A program made the translations under genes and the position numbers. A DNA stretch of 63,537 bases, counting the filler, from Folioceros fuciformis (lineage: Eukaryota): the NCBI GenBank assembly GCA_049999805.1. It is 6 parts of 6 records of this genome, joined end to end, with 100 filler letters (N's around TTAATTAATTAA, not from the genome) between each part and the next. Parts side by side here need not be neighbours in the genome. Positions count along the whole stretch, not along the records: positions 24,303 to 41,162 come from JBNGIO010005246.1; 5 more parts are not named here. One strand, 5' to 3'. Positions 25,107 through 36,638 of the stretch are shown in pieces; positions within the stretch are counted from its first letter, which is position 1; each line of letters opens with the position of its first letter. The notes below the pieces were generated by a model. It did no database searches, had not been told where the DNA came from, and saw only the letters and a list, made by a program, of their open reading frames with translations.

Positions 25107-26911
25107 GTGCTCTGTTTCCCATACAGCAACAGCATGACAGCCACATACTCCAAGCTACACCGCTGCCGCGTGTGTATGGATGGACAATTGTTTCTCCTCA
25201 TTGCAGAGTGTATGCCAAGTGTTGAAGTGTACCATTTGCCAGACTCTTACACAAAGGAGGAAATTTTCATGGACTATAAGCGGAAAATGAGCAAAGCAGA
25301 ACAATACAACATTTTGTACTCTTACTTTTGTCAGCTATGGGCCTCGCACTTCCCAAAAGTGCGCATTCCAAAAACCAACAGATTTTCCTTGTGTTCTACG
25401 TGCGATTATTTGAAGAGAAACATTCGCTTTGAAACAGATAAACAAAAACAAGGTTTGAATTAGTTTTTTGGGTTTTGATTCTTAATTACGTGATGTCTGT
25501 TGCACATGTTCCTAGTTTGGCAGTTTAAGGTGACACAGGGAGTGTGCCGGTATACCGGCGCACTCCCGCTGGGTCAGGCCAAGTGCGCCGGTCTACCGAC
25601 GCATTTTTTTAGATGCATGAGAAAAAGTGCTGGTAGACTACCACTCTTCTCATGATCTAGATGGGTTGGGCCTGTATACCAACACACTACTGAGGACTTT
25701 GCTGGAGTGTGCCGGTATATCGGTGCACTCCCACAACCCAAAAGTGAGATTCCTCATTTTGTGCGACTTCCAAAGGACTTGGCGGACGTTGACCTTATCG
25801 ACGTCTATGTTGTGGGATGCATGGTGTACAATAGCACAATGTCGCTTGAGCTTTTCATAGAGTATGGAAATATACGGAACGACGCGAACTTAACGATTTC
25901 TATTATCCAGAATGTGATTCACGCGTATGTTGGACTACTTCTAGGAGTTATGTACTTGCAGCTGGACAACACGGCAAGAGAGAACAAAAATGCTTTGCTT
26001 TTTTCATATCTGAATATGTTAGTGGAGAAAGGAATCTTCAAGAAGGTGAAGGTGGGGTTTTTACTAGTGGGCCACACTCACGACTAGGTGGACCAGATGT
26101 TCTCTCGGTTTTGATGGCTTTAGGAAGGAAAGAAGCACTGACTTTACCTGCACTCATTGCTGTTATGTAGAGTTCTTATACACCTACGCCAGAAGTGCAT
26201 GAAGTGAAGGAGGTCCCAGACTTCCGGCGATTTGTGTGGCCTATACTTTACAGAAAAGCTGGTTATCAGAATGTATCAACTGTTCACCCACTACATAATA
26301 TTTTGTTCCAACACCAGTTCAAGATCACAAGAGAGAGCCGAGGTGAACGGGGCTTTATAACAGTGATGCGCGGGAAGCAATATTGTACAAACGAATTTTG
26401 GTCGCCAGATGAGGGTATCGAGTTTCTGAAGCATATTCCGGACACAGATATCAAAGCTGCTCCATTTCTACATCTACAATCCAGGAGCAAAAGACAGAGG
26501 ACAGTTCCGGACAATGTTGTTGAATATCATATGGCACAAATCAGATCAAAATTGGAGATGCGATTAGGACAACACTTAGGACCAGGTGAGAACTTGTGGT
26601 GGGATGGGTTTTGGGCAAAGCAAGAGGCTATCGTGCATTCAATAAACTCCAGTGTAGACAGAGACCTTGATTCTCCTTGGCGGTGGTATAATCGAGAGGC
26701 GGCAGAATTATTGAACGCACTCGTAATTATACCAGAAAAAATCGTTGTTCAAAATTGATGCATCCGCGAGATTCCCAGAAGAAACATGTATATGGGGGCA
26801 TACCATAGGGAGACGGACCTCAATGACAACCGCGAAAGTTTGAACGGGGATATAACCAAAATAGAAAAAGGGCATATGATTGCAGTCCCTTGCAAGACTG
26901 ACGAAGACAAT
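25107..26911 (+). mobile_element. DUF7869/Sola-like DDD transposase pseudogene
   Basis: LWASHFPKVRIPK..RFSLCSTC, then YLQLDNTARENKN and FLLVGHTHD*VDQMFSRF with in-frame stops. The central part is missing where the palindromic element sits. Confidence 0.7.
25538..25732. mobile_element. MITE-like element built of palindromic GTGYGCCGGTATACCGGCGCAC units
   Basis: Near-perfect 30-bp palindrome at 25538-25567, a similar one at 25704-25732, and three degenerate copies between. Confidence 0.55.
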
Positions 26912-27743
26912 NNNNNNNNNNNNNNNNNNNNNNNNNNNNNNNNNNNNNNNNNNNNNNNNNNNNNNNNNNNNNNNNNNNNNNNNNNNNNNNNNNNNNNNNN
27001 NNNNNNNNNNNAGAAGAGATGATTTTACCACATAAAGCTCCGCTAAGTGGGTTACGTGGTGGTCACAAACGCCAAAACCAGGTTCCCTCCCGAACGAGGA
27101 CTCTCATTCGCAGAAACCTATACGTCCTCAATCGCGACCAGGATACACTGTCGCCTGAAAATAATAAAAACTTGTTAGACGTTTAGATAAAAGTGTTAAG
27201 AACAAACTGGTATGATAATTTTTGTATGTAGCACCAGACAAGTTTCGTTTTCCACTTGCCATACATGTGCCTTTGGCAAAGTGCGCCGATCAACCAGTGC
27301 ACTTTACCAAAGGGTGCAACGGTTCCTGCTTGTTTCGTGCCGGTTCACAGGAGTTCTATTTCGCCACCGTTTCTGGAAAATATAGATATATATTGACAAG
27401 TGATAATTTTGAAGAATAGGGTCACTTGATATGAGGTATAGCTCAAACACTTAGGACTTTACATGGAATTGGATAACGCATAAATTACGCGATACCCGTC
27501 ATATTACGAGGTTTTGTAATGTATTTGAATGCAATGACACCCGCAAATTTGCTAGTACTTTTGAAACAATTGATGATTACGTTTAGACTCAACACTCTTT
27601 TAGGCCACATTTTGGGTTCTCCTATCAAAAATGCGTGAAAATGCGGATATTTGACATAAGTTTTCAGCGTAAAAATCTCTTGAAGCCCGAAATGGTGGAA
27701 TACACCCATCTGGGTCGGACCTTGTTATATCTATAGTCTCTCC

Positions 27744-29260
27744 TCATTGGACCTTCATATATCTTATAAAGTCTCCTTCACTTGTTCCCCACTTGTCATA
27801 AAAATTGTGTAGCATACTTCTTCCTATGGAAACACATTGTGAAAATGTGCTTGCCATTGTGACATACATAATATCCCCTAGCTCTGCCCATATTGAAATT
27901 CGATTACTTTGTAAGTGCACTTTCTTCAACAAATTCTGTCTCCACACTTTTCGTACATGCCACAAGCATAATAATATAGGCATATTATGATTCCACACTG
28001 AACAAATAGCAAAAATCTTTACCTGACAATCATCAACAAGGAATGAACTAGGTGTCCAATCCTTGTTGATCTTTTCAACCTTCTTCCATAAAGCTGAAAG
28101 CCACCTGACAAGTGACTCAGTAGTAGCATCTTTTGTAATAGCCCATGCTACTAGAACATCGTTCAAGTAATGGTCAAAACCCATCACAATGAATAAGTGG
28201 TAGCAATTGCTGTTCAACCCAAAAGTTGTATCCACAGCTAGTATATTACCATTCCCGTAAAGCAACATGCAATTTAACATAAAAGGAGTTTGAATACCCA
28301 AAGCAAAAGGTTGATTCTCGCTTGATTGGTGGAAGACTATAGACACATTTTGCTCCAACCACAGGGACACTAATGTGGCATCATCCGGAGCTAGCTGCCA
28401 TTCACCAACTTCAACTTGTGTAAGTATATTGTGAACATTATATCTTTGCATATAATACACCTCTGTCTGATTGTTGATTCGAGCATATAATGCATCGGCA
28501 TCAAGATGCATTAGTTCATAAATAGGAACTTTGCAATATAGGCAATGCCTGATCCAATCCTTCTTTTTCTATGAAAGCTATGCTGCTTTGACATCACCAG
28601 GTAAGCCTTCGTACCTAGGCCCATGACATATAGCATTTGAAAGGTCAATATGCCTATGTTCCAAAAGACCAATCTCACCAACCGTAGGCCACACGAGAAA
28701 TTTCTTCACCCTAAAATTTGCTTGGCAACCATGCTTTGCACTCCCTCCATGGAGGACCTTATACTTAGCTGTATTAGCACCACGTGATACTCCCACCTCC
28801 TTTTGGCGAAAGTCTTCCGAGCCGAAAGAATACCAATACTTGCAAGCCAGCCTCACAATGTTAATGTATCCCTAAGTAATTAAACAATTTGCATACTTCA
28901 AACCTTCTTACGTAACATATGATGCAGTTGTATGCACTGTCGGTACTGTAGGGCGAGGTAAACTCCTTGGCCTCTTCGAAGTTTACCCCGGCCTCTTAGA
29001 ATCCTTCTTGTTGAAGTTCGTAGGATGGGAACTTATAGCACTCATTCCCCCAATAAAGTCTTCCACTCTAGAAAAGAGTATGTGAGCCACCTTCAATAAA
29101 GTCTTCCACTCTAGAAAAGAGTATGTGAGCCACCTTCAATAAAGTCTCCCACTCTAGAAAAGAGTATGTGAGCCACCTTCAATAAAGTCTCCCACTCTAG
29201 AAAAGAGTATGTGAGCCACCTTCACATGTTTTTGCTGCTCTGGTGACCTAGAATAGTCAT
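27744..29260 (-). mobile_element. Mutator-like (MULE) transposase pseudogene
   Basis: LAVDTTFGLN..HLFIVMGFD..VAWAI..FLVDD..LLCLWHVRKVW (MULE DDE core). Upstream GCQANFRVK..H.D..ICHG and VAHILFSRVEDFI. Broken by stops and truncated. Confidence 0.8.
29051..29223. repeat. 43-bp tandem repeat x4 inside the MULE 5' coding region
   Basis: caataaagtc(t/c)..actctagaaaagagtatgtgagccacctt starts at 29051, 29094, 29137 and 29180. Confidence 0.92.
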
Positions 29261-29612
29261 ATTAAGAAGAAACCCAATTTATGTGAGCCACCATTACATG
29301 TTTTTGCTGCCCTGGTGCCTTAGAATGGTCATATTGAGAAGAAACCTAGTTTAGGTCAGCATGGTTAAATAACCCTAATTTAGGAAGTTGCACCACAAAA
29401 GGTGTGTTAGTTGGTAACTCTTCTAAATTAATTCAAGAACTCAAATCTATATTATTATCCGTAAATGATATTCCCAAAGAGAAAAAAACCCTAACCCTAA
29501 TATCAACCTTTAACCAAAATCCTTATCCCTAATCAGAAGAGCGCTTGAAAGAAAAGATTGAACATGCCGCACTAAACTCGTATCTCACGTTATGCAAATG
29601 ACGGGAGTTCAC

Positions 29613-29716
29613 ATACCATAAGCTTGTGAGCTAGGATGCACTTATACCATAAGCTTGTGNNNNNNNNNNTGTGAGCTAGGATGCACTTATACCATAAGCT
29701 TGTGAGCTAGGATGCA
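29613..29716. repeat. ~31-bp tandem repeat spanning a 10-N gap
   Basis: ataccataagcttgtgagctaggatgcactt repeated. Confidence 0.85.
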
Positions 29717-30209
29717 GTTGGAGCCTTAACCAAGGGTGCACTTGGAGCCTTGAAAAAGTATTATTAGTAACGTGTAAGCAGGTAGGGACGAATAGCTTTC
29801 TCATATCCCGTGTTAGTGGTGATGTATCACACGGGCGTCAAAACTTTTGGCCACCTGTTCGGATTATGCATGCTCACCATAGCATGTGATGGGCAAGGAC
29901 ATACAGAGGCACATGTCGTGGCCGTGGAGGGCCGTGCGGACACACACGTGCTGGCCATTAACATGTCGTGGCCGTGGAGGGCCGTGCGGACATACACGTG
30001 CCGGCCTTAATGGCCATCGGGTATCCATTGGCAAGCCTTTGAGGCCTGACCTTAGCCATGCCCACCGTGTTTTGGCCCAGCGCCCAGCAAAATGGCCAAC
30101 CCAGGACCAGCTGATTGGTCGACACTCAAACTCACTCCACCCTAATCTTGAGGGTACCATGACCCATGGGTTCCCGTATGATGGGCATGTGGCGGAAGGC
30201 TCTCACACC

Positions 30210-30385
30210 CCTCAATTATCCGGTTATACGGATGCCAATTGGGGTGAGACGTGGACTAAAAGAAATCAACCTCCAGATTTACACTGATGTTGTGCAATAC
30301 TGCCATCGACAGGGGTTCGAAGAGACAAACCGCCATAGCCCTTTCTTCCACGGAATCGAAATACATGGCAGCTTCTGGTTCTTTT
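30210..30385 (+). mobile_element. Ty1/Copia RNase H fragment
   Basis: LSGYTDANWG and, in another frame, SKRQTAIALSSTESKYMAAS. Confidence 0.75.
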
Positions 30386-30652
30386 GAGCACCAGCACATT
30401 TCCTCGTATGGTTTTCCCTAACCAGTAAAAAATGCCTCGGGCAAGAATTCTCCAGGCCGTGGGCCGCTCTCGTCACCTGGTGGACGTGCCTCTTAAACAG
30501 AATCACGCCGGGCAGCCAACACCTCGCCACACAATCCTCTTCCCAAGGTGTGTCCGATTTATAATTGTTCAACCATTCCCTTGCACGAGGCCCCCAGACG
30601 TCCGCTTCCAGGCTTGTCGGCATATCACATTGGGCAAGGCAGCAGGCTGACA

Positions 30653-33437
30653 TCAAGAATCGTCTCCACAAGAACATACCCCATCCTTAAACTGATGGAC
30701 TCGGTGAGCATCCCGGATCACGATCTCTCGCTGTTCAACCCTGGAGACGATCTTGGTACCGCTATGGCAATGTTTGCACATTCGAAGATTTTTAGTGATC
30801 AGAAGTGGTGTGCCAGAATGTGTATTAAGCAGACCAAAGGCTAAGGCCAGTTTCTCAGCATGTCCACAGAGAGCATCCTCTCTCTCATCACCTGCAACTG
30901 GCATCACCAATCCTGGATGAAGAACGCTTCCCTGCTCCAGCTTTTGATTTAGACTGCGCAGCTTGGAAGAAATATTATCCGTCTTGTCTCCCACAACAAA
31001 TTCATAGACACGCTTCTCCACTTCAATGATTGCCTTTGCAGGCTTCTTTTGAGCACCAGCAGATTTCCTCATCTGGTCTATCATGTTTGCTTCCTCCCAC
31101 CTGCCAGCATCTGCATACATATTCGACATGAGCATATAGCTAGCAGCCTGTTGAGGTTCATGTTTCAATAGCTGATTGAAGCAGCACCTTCCAAGTTCCA
31201 CATTCCCATGCTTTCTGCACGCAGTTAGCAAAGACGTCCAACCCACACTGTCATGCCTAAACGGCATGCTTCGCAGAAAATGTTCCGCATCATACAAGTA
31301 GCCTGCACGGCCCATAACGTCAACCATGCAGTTGTAGTGCTCAACCGAGGGAGTGAAACCATATGTTTCTGTCATTGCTTTAAAATATTGCTGAGCTGCA
31401 TTCACCAAGCCCACATGACTGCAGGCTGCAAGAAGGGATGTGAATGTCTTCGCATCAGGTTCAATGTCACGTTGTCGCATCTCCTCGAAACAGCGGATGG
31501 CCATTTGACACTCGTTCTGCTGACCATAGCCGTGAATCAGTGCTGTCCATGTTGCAACATCTCTATCTGGCAACCTATCAAACACACACTGTGCCTCAAC
31601 CAGGCTCCCAAATTCAGCATACATGTGCACCAAGGTGTTACCAATCAGGATGTCGGCCTCAAGCCCTCTTTCAAGGATCTGCACATGAATCTGCCTACCC
31701 TGTTCTCTAGCCCCAGAGCTGGCTAACAGTTTCAGAATGCTGACATATGTCACTAAGTCCGGGGCAATCCCCTCATCGCGCATGCTCATGAATAAATCTA
31801 GAGATTGTTGATGGAGCCCTGCCTGAGCGTACCCAGCTATCATGGCATTCCACGCCACCACGTCCTTGATGACCAGCTTGTCGAACACTGTGCGAGCATC
31901 CCCAAAACTCCCACACTTGGCATACATGTCAACCATGGAGCTGGCGACAAATGGGTCTGCGTCCAAACCTAGTTCTCGAATATGCGCACATATTCTCTCT
32001 CCCTCCTGCACGGCACCTACACTGCTACATGCTTTCAGAATGCTCACAAATGTGATCTGATCTGGCATTGTGCAGGTCTGCAGCATGAAGCTGTAAATCA
32101 TCAGAGCCTCATGCCCATACCCATGCTGAGCATATCCAGCAATCATTGTATTCCATGTAACCACATCTTTGGTTGACAATCTATCAAACATGCTGCGAGC
32201 CTCTTCCAAGCTCCGGCATTTTGCATACATGTCCACAAGGGTGTTACCCATGGAGACATAAGCTTCTTCAAGACCTCGCTCGAGAACATGAGCGTGAATC
32301 TCCTTGCCTTTCTGCAATGCCCCAGTCCTCGCACACGCTTTAAGGATGGACACAAAAGTGACCTTGTTAGCTGCTGTCGTACCAGCATTTTGCATCCTCT
32401 CGTAGAGACTAAGGGCTTCTTGCCCTTGCCCATGCTGAGCATAGGCAGAAATCATGGCACTCCAAGTCACCACATTCTTGGACGGCAACCTGTCAAAAAC
32501 TTTGCGAGCCTCAGCGACACTTCCACATTTAGCATACATGTCCACTAGGGTATTGGCAACAGACAGATGTGAACAGAAACTACTGTTAAGGACATCTGCG
32601 TGAACCATCTTCCCCGACGCCAAATCCCCTGTGCTAGCACAAGCTTTAAGAACCGCTACAAGAACATGATTAGTGGGCTTGGCATCTGCCTGCCGCATCT
32701 TCTTGTACAGATGCACAACGTCCTTCGCCTGCCCGTGTTCACCATGGGCTAATATGATAGAATCCCACATGAACGTGTCTGGTACTGGTATTTTCTTGAA
32801 AACTTTGCTTGCTTCCAGCAGATTCCCATGGGATGCATACATGCGGATGACATGGTTGGCTACAAAAGAATTGCAGTCGTACCCAGTCATCACTGAGAAG
32901 GCATGTATCCGTCTCCCAACGTCCCAATCCTTCTTCTCAATGCTCTTTTTGAGCAAATGGAACAGCATCTGTACGGATACACCACTTCTCCGCACGTACA
33001 GACTCTCCACTGCTTGGAAGGCCTCCTCAAGCCTTCCTTTGTCGCAATGCTCCTTCCAGACTGGAGACTCTGATGAGCCCTCATCCCTGCAGATCCTGCA
33101 TAGCCCAAAAATCAATTGTCACGGCAACCATGTCTGCTCTCTGCACTCCATGCCTCATGCTACAGGGTACGTCCTATAGTTGGATCAACCTTCAGGGCAA
33201 AAAAATGAAATCATGCAGTGGCCAGAAAGGGGATCAATACCTGGCAGACGTTTCAACAACACATCCATCGTGGCCACGGACTGCACTGTAGGCCGGCTCT
33301 AGCTCAGGCACTGGGTATGTTGCTGTGAGCATGTGTAGCAGGCATCTCATGTGAAGGATCCTGTGACCAGCCTTGTTCAACCGAAGGAAAGTTAAAGTTC
33401 CGGAGTGCACAGTGTGGCGGTAACCCGGCGCCAGCAT
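30653..33437 (-). CDS. PLS-class PPR protein with E1/E2 and a DYW:KP-type deaminase domain (organellar RNA editing factor)
   Basis: Exons 33437-33241 and 33095-30653 (phase-2 GT-AG intron; 879 aa). About 17 P/L/S motifs, then KKPAKAIIEV..FVVGD, LCGHAEKLALAFGL, KNLRMCKHCH and HQFKDGVCSCGDDS*. Confidence 0.93.
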
Positions 33438-33797
33438 CGCCCCCGCCCCGAGCTTGCTTTCGTCGATTCAAACCAAACCAATTGGAAAGCGTGAAATCCA
33501 TAATGCGTCTGCAAGAGTTGTTGCAACAGCGAGGCCTTGTCGCGGCCGAAGTCGGGCATCAGACCTTCGGTAGACGTGATGGGATGCTTTTGAGTTACCA
33601 TGGTGTACATCAATGAAATTGGAAACTTCACTCTAATTGGCATAACTAGGGCTATATACCCTGGTTTGTGGGCGGTTAGTCTGCTCTGGAGTCTGTATGA
33701 GCAGTGGGATCGTGATTGCTGAGACAGGGTAGCTGAATTGGCTGAAGTAGAGACATCGGAGGCAAGGCAGTCAGCAAGAGTGCTCGGCTGAAGAGCC

Positions 33798-36112
33798 ATG
33801 AGCAAGCTGGATGGAGCCAGAAAGGCAGCATTCAGTAGTCTTCATCTTTGCAGGAGCTCTGGAGTTGTACTTCCAGAAGTGCTGAACCCGAGTGCGGATT
33901 GTAGCAGACAGGTCCGGGGAATCGCCAACGAGGCCACCACAACCAGGGCAGCAGGAGCCAGCAGATGGTTGCGAGAGACAAGGAAATCGTCCAGGTGCGG
34001 AGGCTTGAGGGGCATCTCACGGGCATCAGCTGAATTATCCAGTTCATGCAGAACATTTGCCTCCTCTGCTGCTATTGCCGCGGCCCCGTCTTCTTCGGTG
34101 GGGCGGTACTTGGCTTATGGGGGACTGTTAGGTGGGAGTGGCCTGCTCACCTACTACACCTTCCATGGCGCAAAGAAGGAGGAGGCCATGCACGAGGAGC
34201 AGACAATCATCAACTGGAGTGGCACGCACGAAGCTTCGACCAGATTTTACTTCCAACCACAGACCTTGCGGCAGCTGGAAAGCATTGTGGAATATTGCCA
34301 TAGGAAGAAGCAGAGAATGAGGCCCGTGGGGACTGGACTTTCCCCGAATGGAATCGGGTTGAGTGATGAGGGCATGGTTAACTTGGAGAAAATGGACAAG
34401 GTCTTGCACGTGGATGCTGAGAAGCGGACTGTGACAGTGCAGGCCGGGGCACAAGTGCAGGACCTTGTGGATGCTCTCCGGCCCCATGGTCTGACCTTGC
34501 AGAACTTTGCTTCCATCAGGCAACAACAGGTTGGAGGTTTCATCCAGGTAAGCAAAGCAATGTGGCTGGGATTGAAAAGGCGTCAGCTTTGGCGAGTTGG
34601 AGGGTGGACGGAAGTGATGTGTTGCTGTCTGTGATACTGCCAGGTGGGTGCCCATGGCACTGGTTCACATATCCCCCCCGTGGATGAGCAAGTCTTGAGC
34701 TTGAAGCTTGTGACGCCAGGGAAGGGAACGCTGGACCTTTCTGCTGAGTCTGATCCAGATCTGTTCCGCCTGGCTCGCTGTGGCCTCGGAGCTCTCGGGG
34801 TTGTTGCTGAAGTAACTCTGCAATGTGTGCCTGCTCATCGTCTCTTGGAGTACACATTTGTGACACACCCAAAGGTCGTCAAGAAGAAGCATACGTAAGA
34901 AGCATGCATGTGTTATGGTGGTAGTGCTTCTGAGGAAGTGTTGAAGCCATAGCTTTAAAAGCCGGGGAAGTGATAGGTCTTGAGGCTGAAGGTGGACACC
35001 ATGTGATTTGCAGGAAATGGCTGCGGGAGAACAAGCATATGAGATACATGTGGATCCCTGATGCAGACTGTGTGGTGGTGGTCCAGTGTAATCCCTGGCC
35101 TGAGGGCAAGGATTTGCCATCCTTCAAGTCCAAGTATACACCCGATGACGCATTGAAGCCTGCCAGAGACCTGTACAGGGAAGCAGCATCCAAGTACCAG
35201 TCCCTGCCTGAGGCATCGGACAGGACCCCTGTGAAAAAACTAGCAGAGGAGGAGTTACAGCAGCTCACATTCACGGAGCTCCGGGACAAGCTGATAGCTT
35301 TGGATCCGCTGAACAGGGATCACATTGTGTCCATCAACAGAGCAGAGGCAGAGTACTGGAAGCGCAGCGAAGGGTACAGGCATGGCTGGAGTGACCAGAT
35401 CTTGGGGTTTGATTGTGGTGGAGCGCAGTGGGTCTCGGAGGTCTGCTTCCACACTGGCACCGTCACCCACCCAGACACGCGAGACCTGACCTTCATGAGG
35501 GAGCTGCTGCACCTCATTCAGAAGGACCGCATGCCTGCCCCAGCGCCCATCGAGCAACGCTGGACTGCACGCAGCTCAAGCTCGATGAGTCCTGCTTCGG
35601 ATGCTGTGCCTGAGTGCATTTTCTCTTGGGTAAGTATGCGGACTTGACCGCAGTATCTTGTAAGACTGGCCTCAGTCTTTAGAGACTCTTACGTCCTCAT
35701 GTCTGTGCTCTTTTGGCGGTTTAGGTCGGAATCATAAACTACCTTCCCACTGAAGACGACATGCAAAGAGCTGCCATTACCAGGAAGTTCTTTGAGTACC
35801 GCAAAGCTGCAGAGCAGCAGCTCTGGGATAGATTTGGAGCCTACGAACATTGGGCCAAAATTGAGGTATGTGACTCATGCTAGAATCATCTCGCTTGCCT
35901 AAGGAGGAGGAGACTGGTGCCGGAACTGACGATGGATTATTGCTCCCTGACCGGCCTTGTAGATCCCGGAGGACGAGGAGTCGCTGAAATCGCTTAGGGA
36001 AAAGTTGCGAAGGCGATATCCTGTTGATGATTTCAATAAAGCTCGCAAGGAGCTTGACCCCCACAACATTCTAGCCAACAGACTTGTAGATCAGCTATTT
36101 CCACTAGTCTAG
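33798..36112 (+). CDS. GLDH: L-galactono-1,4-lactone dehydrogenase, mitochondrial
   Basis: Exons 33798-34547, 34644-34894, 35014-35629, 35725-35865, 35963-36112 (635 aa). Motifs NWSGTHE, GLSPNGIG, QNFASIRQQQVGGFIQVGAHGTG, PAPIEQRW, EHWAKIE, ELDPHNIL. N-terminal presequence plus a short TM segment. Confidence 0.96.
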
Positions 36113-36638
36113 CGTAGGATGACAAAATTCTAAACTTAGTAGGTGAATGTGAAAGTCTAAAAAATCCCGGACAAAACGTATTGCCATTCTTCGGCCCCCA
36201 ACCAAGAAAAAAGTTTCACCTACACACGATCTTTTCCCTCCCTAGGAGTTTACCACGTCGTGGCGGACTAGATTGCACGAACTTCGTACAAATTGTAAGC
36301 GAAAAAGAAAGACGACGCCCTACTCTACGCACGGCATACCAGTGATAAATTAAGACGGGCTGACGAGATATATACAGCTGAAATGCAGCTTCACAGCTCA
36401 ACTCTGTTCTCCTGCTGTGAGATCCTGGAATAAGAGAAAGGAGGAGATCCTCAACTCCTCCAAGATGTCAATCTTATCTCAATTTACCCCACAAGGACGG
36501 CTTCATGAGCAACCTGAGCTGCACCTGGACAAGGCAGTAAACAGGTCGAACCCACTGGAGGTGATATCTACCTTCCGACAGCAGAAATGGCGCATCACAT
36601 GGATGAACGCTGGTCACCTCTGGCCACAGCAGGCACAT

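Noticed and set aside
25538-25732. CRISPR-like array of palindromic repeats with spacers
   Set aside because: Repeats are degenerate, spacers are too short, there are no cas genes, and the context is a plant transposon.
26085-26087. In-frame stops in TE ORFs as sites repaired by U-to-C editing or readthrough
   Set aside because: PPR editing is organellar, and these nuclear TE copies also carry frameshifts and deletions; ordinary decay explains them.
29051-29223. 43-bp repeats as a CRISPR array
   Set aside because: Head-to-tail copies with no unique spacers; they derive from MULE coding sequence.
29489-29532. Telomere-like CCCTAA repeats
   Set aside because: Only 2-3 imperfect units; common in TE ends and promoters.
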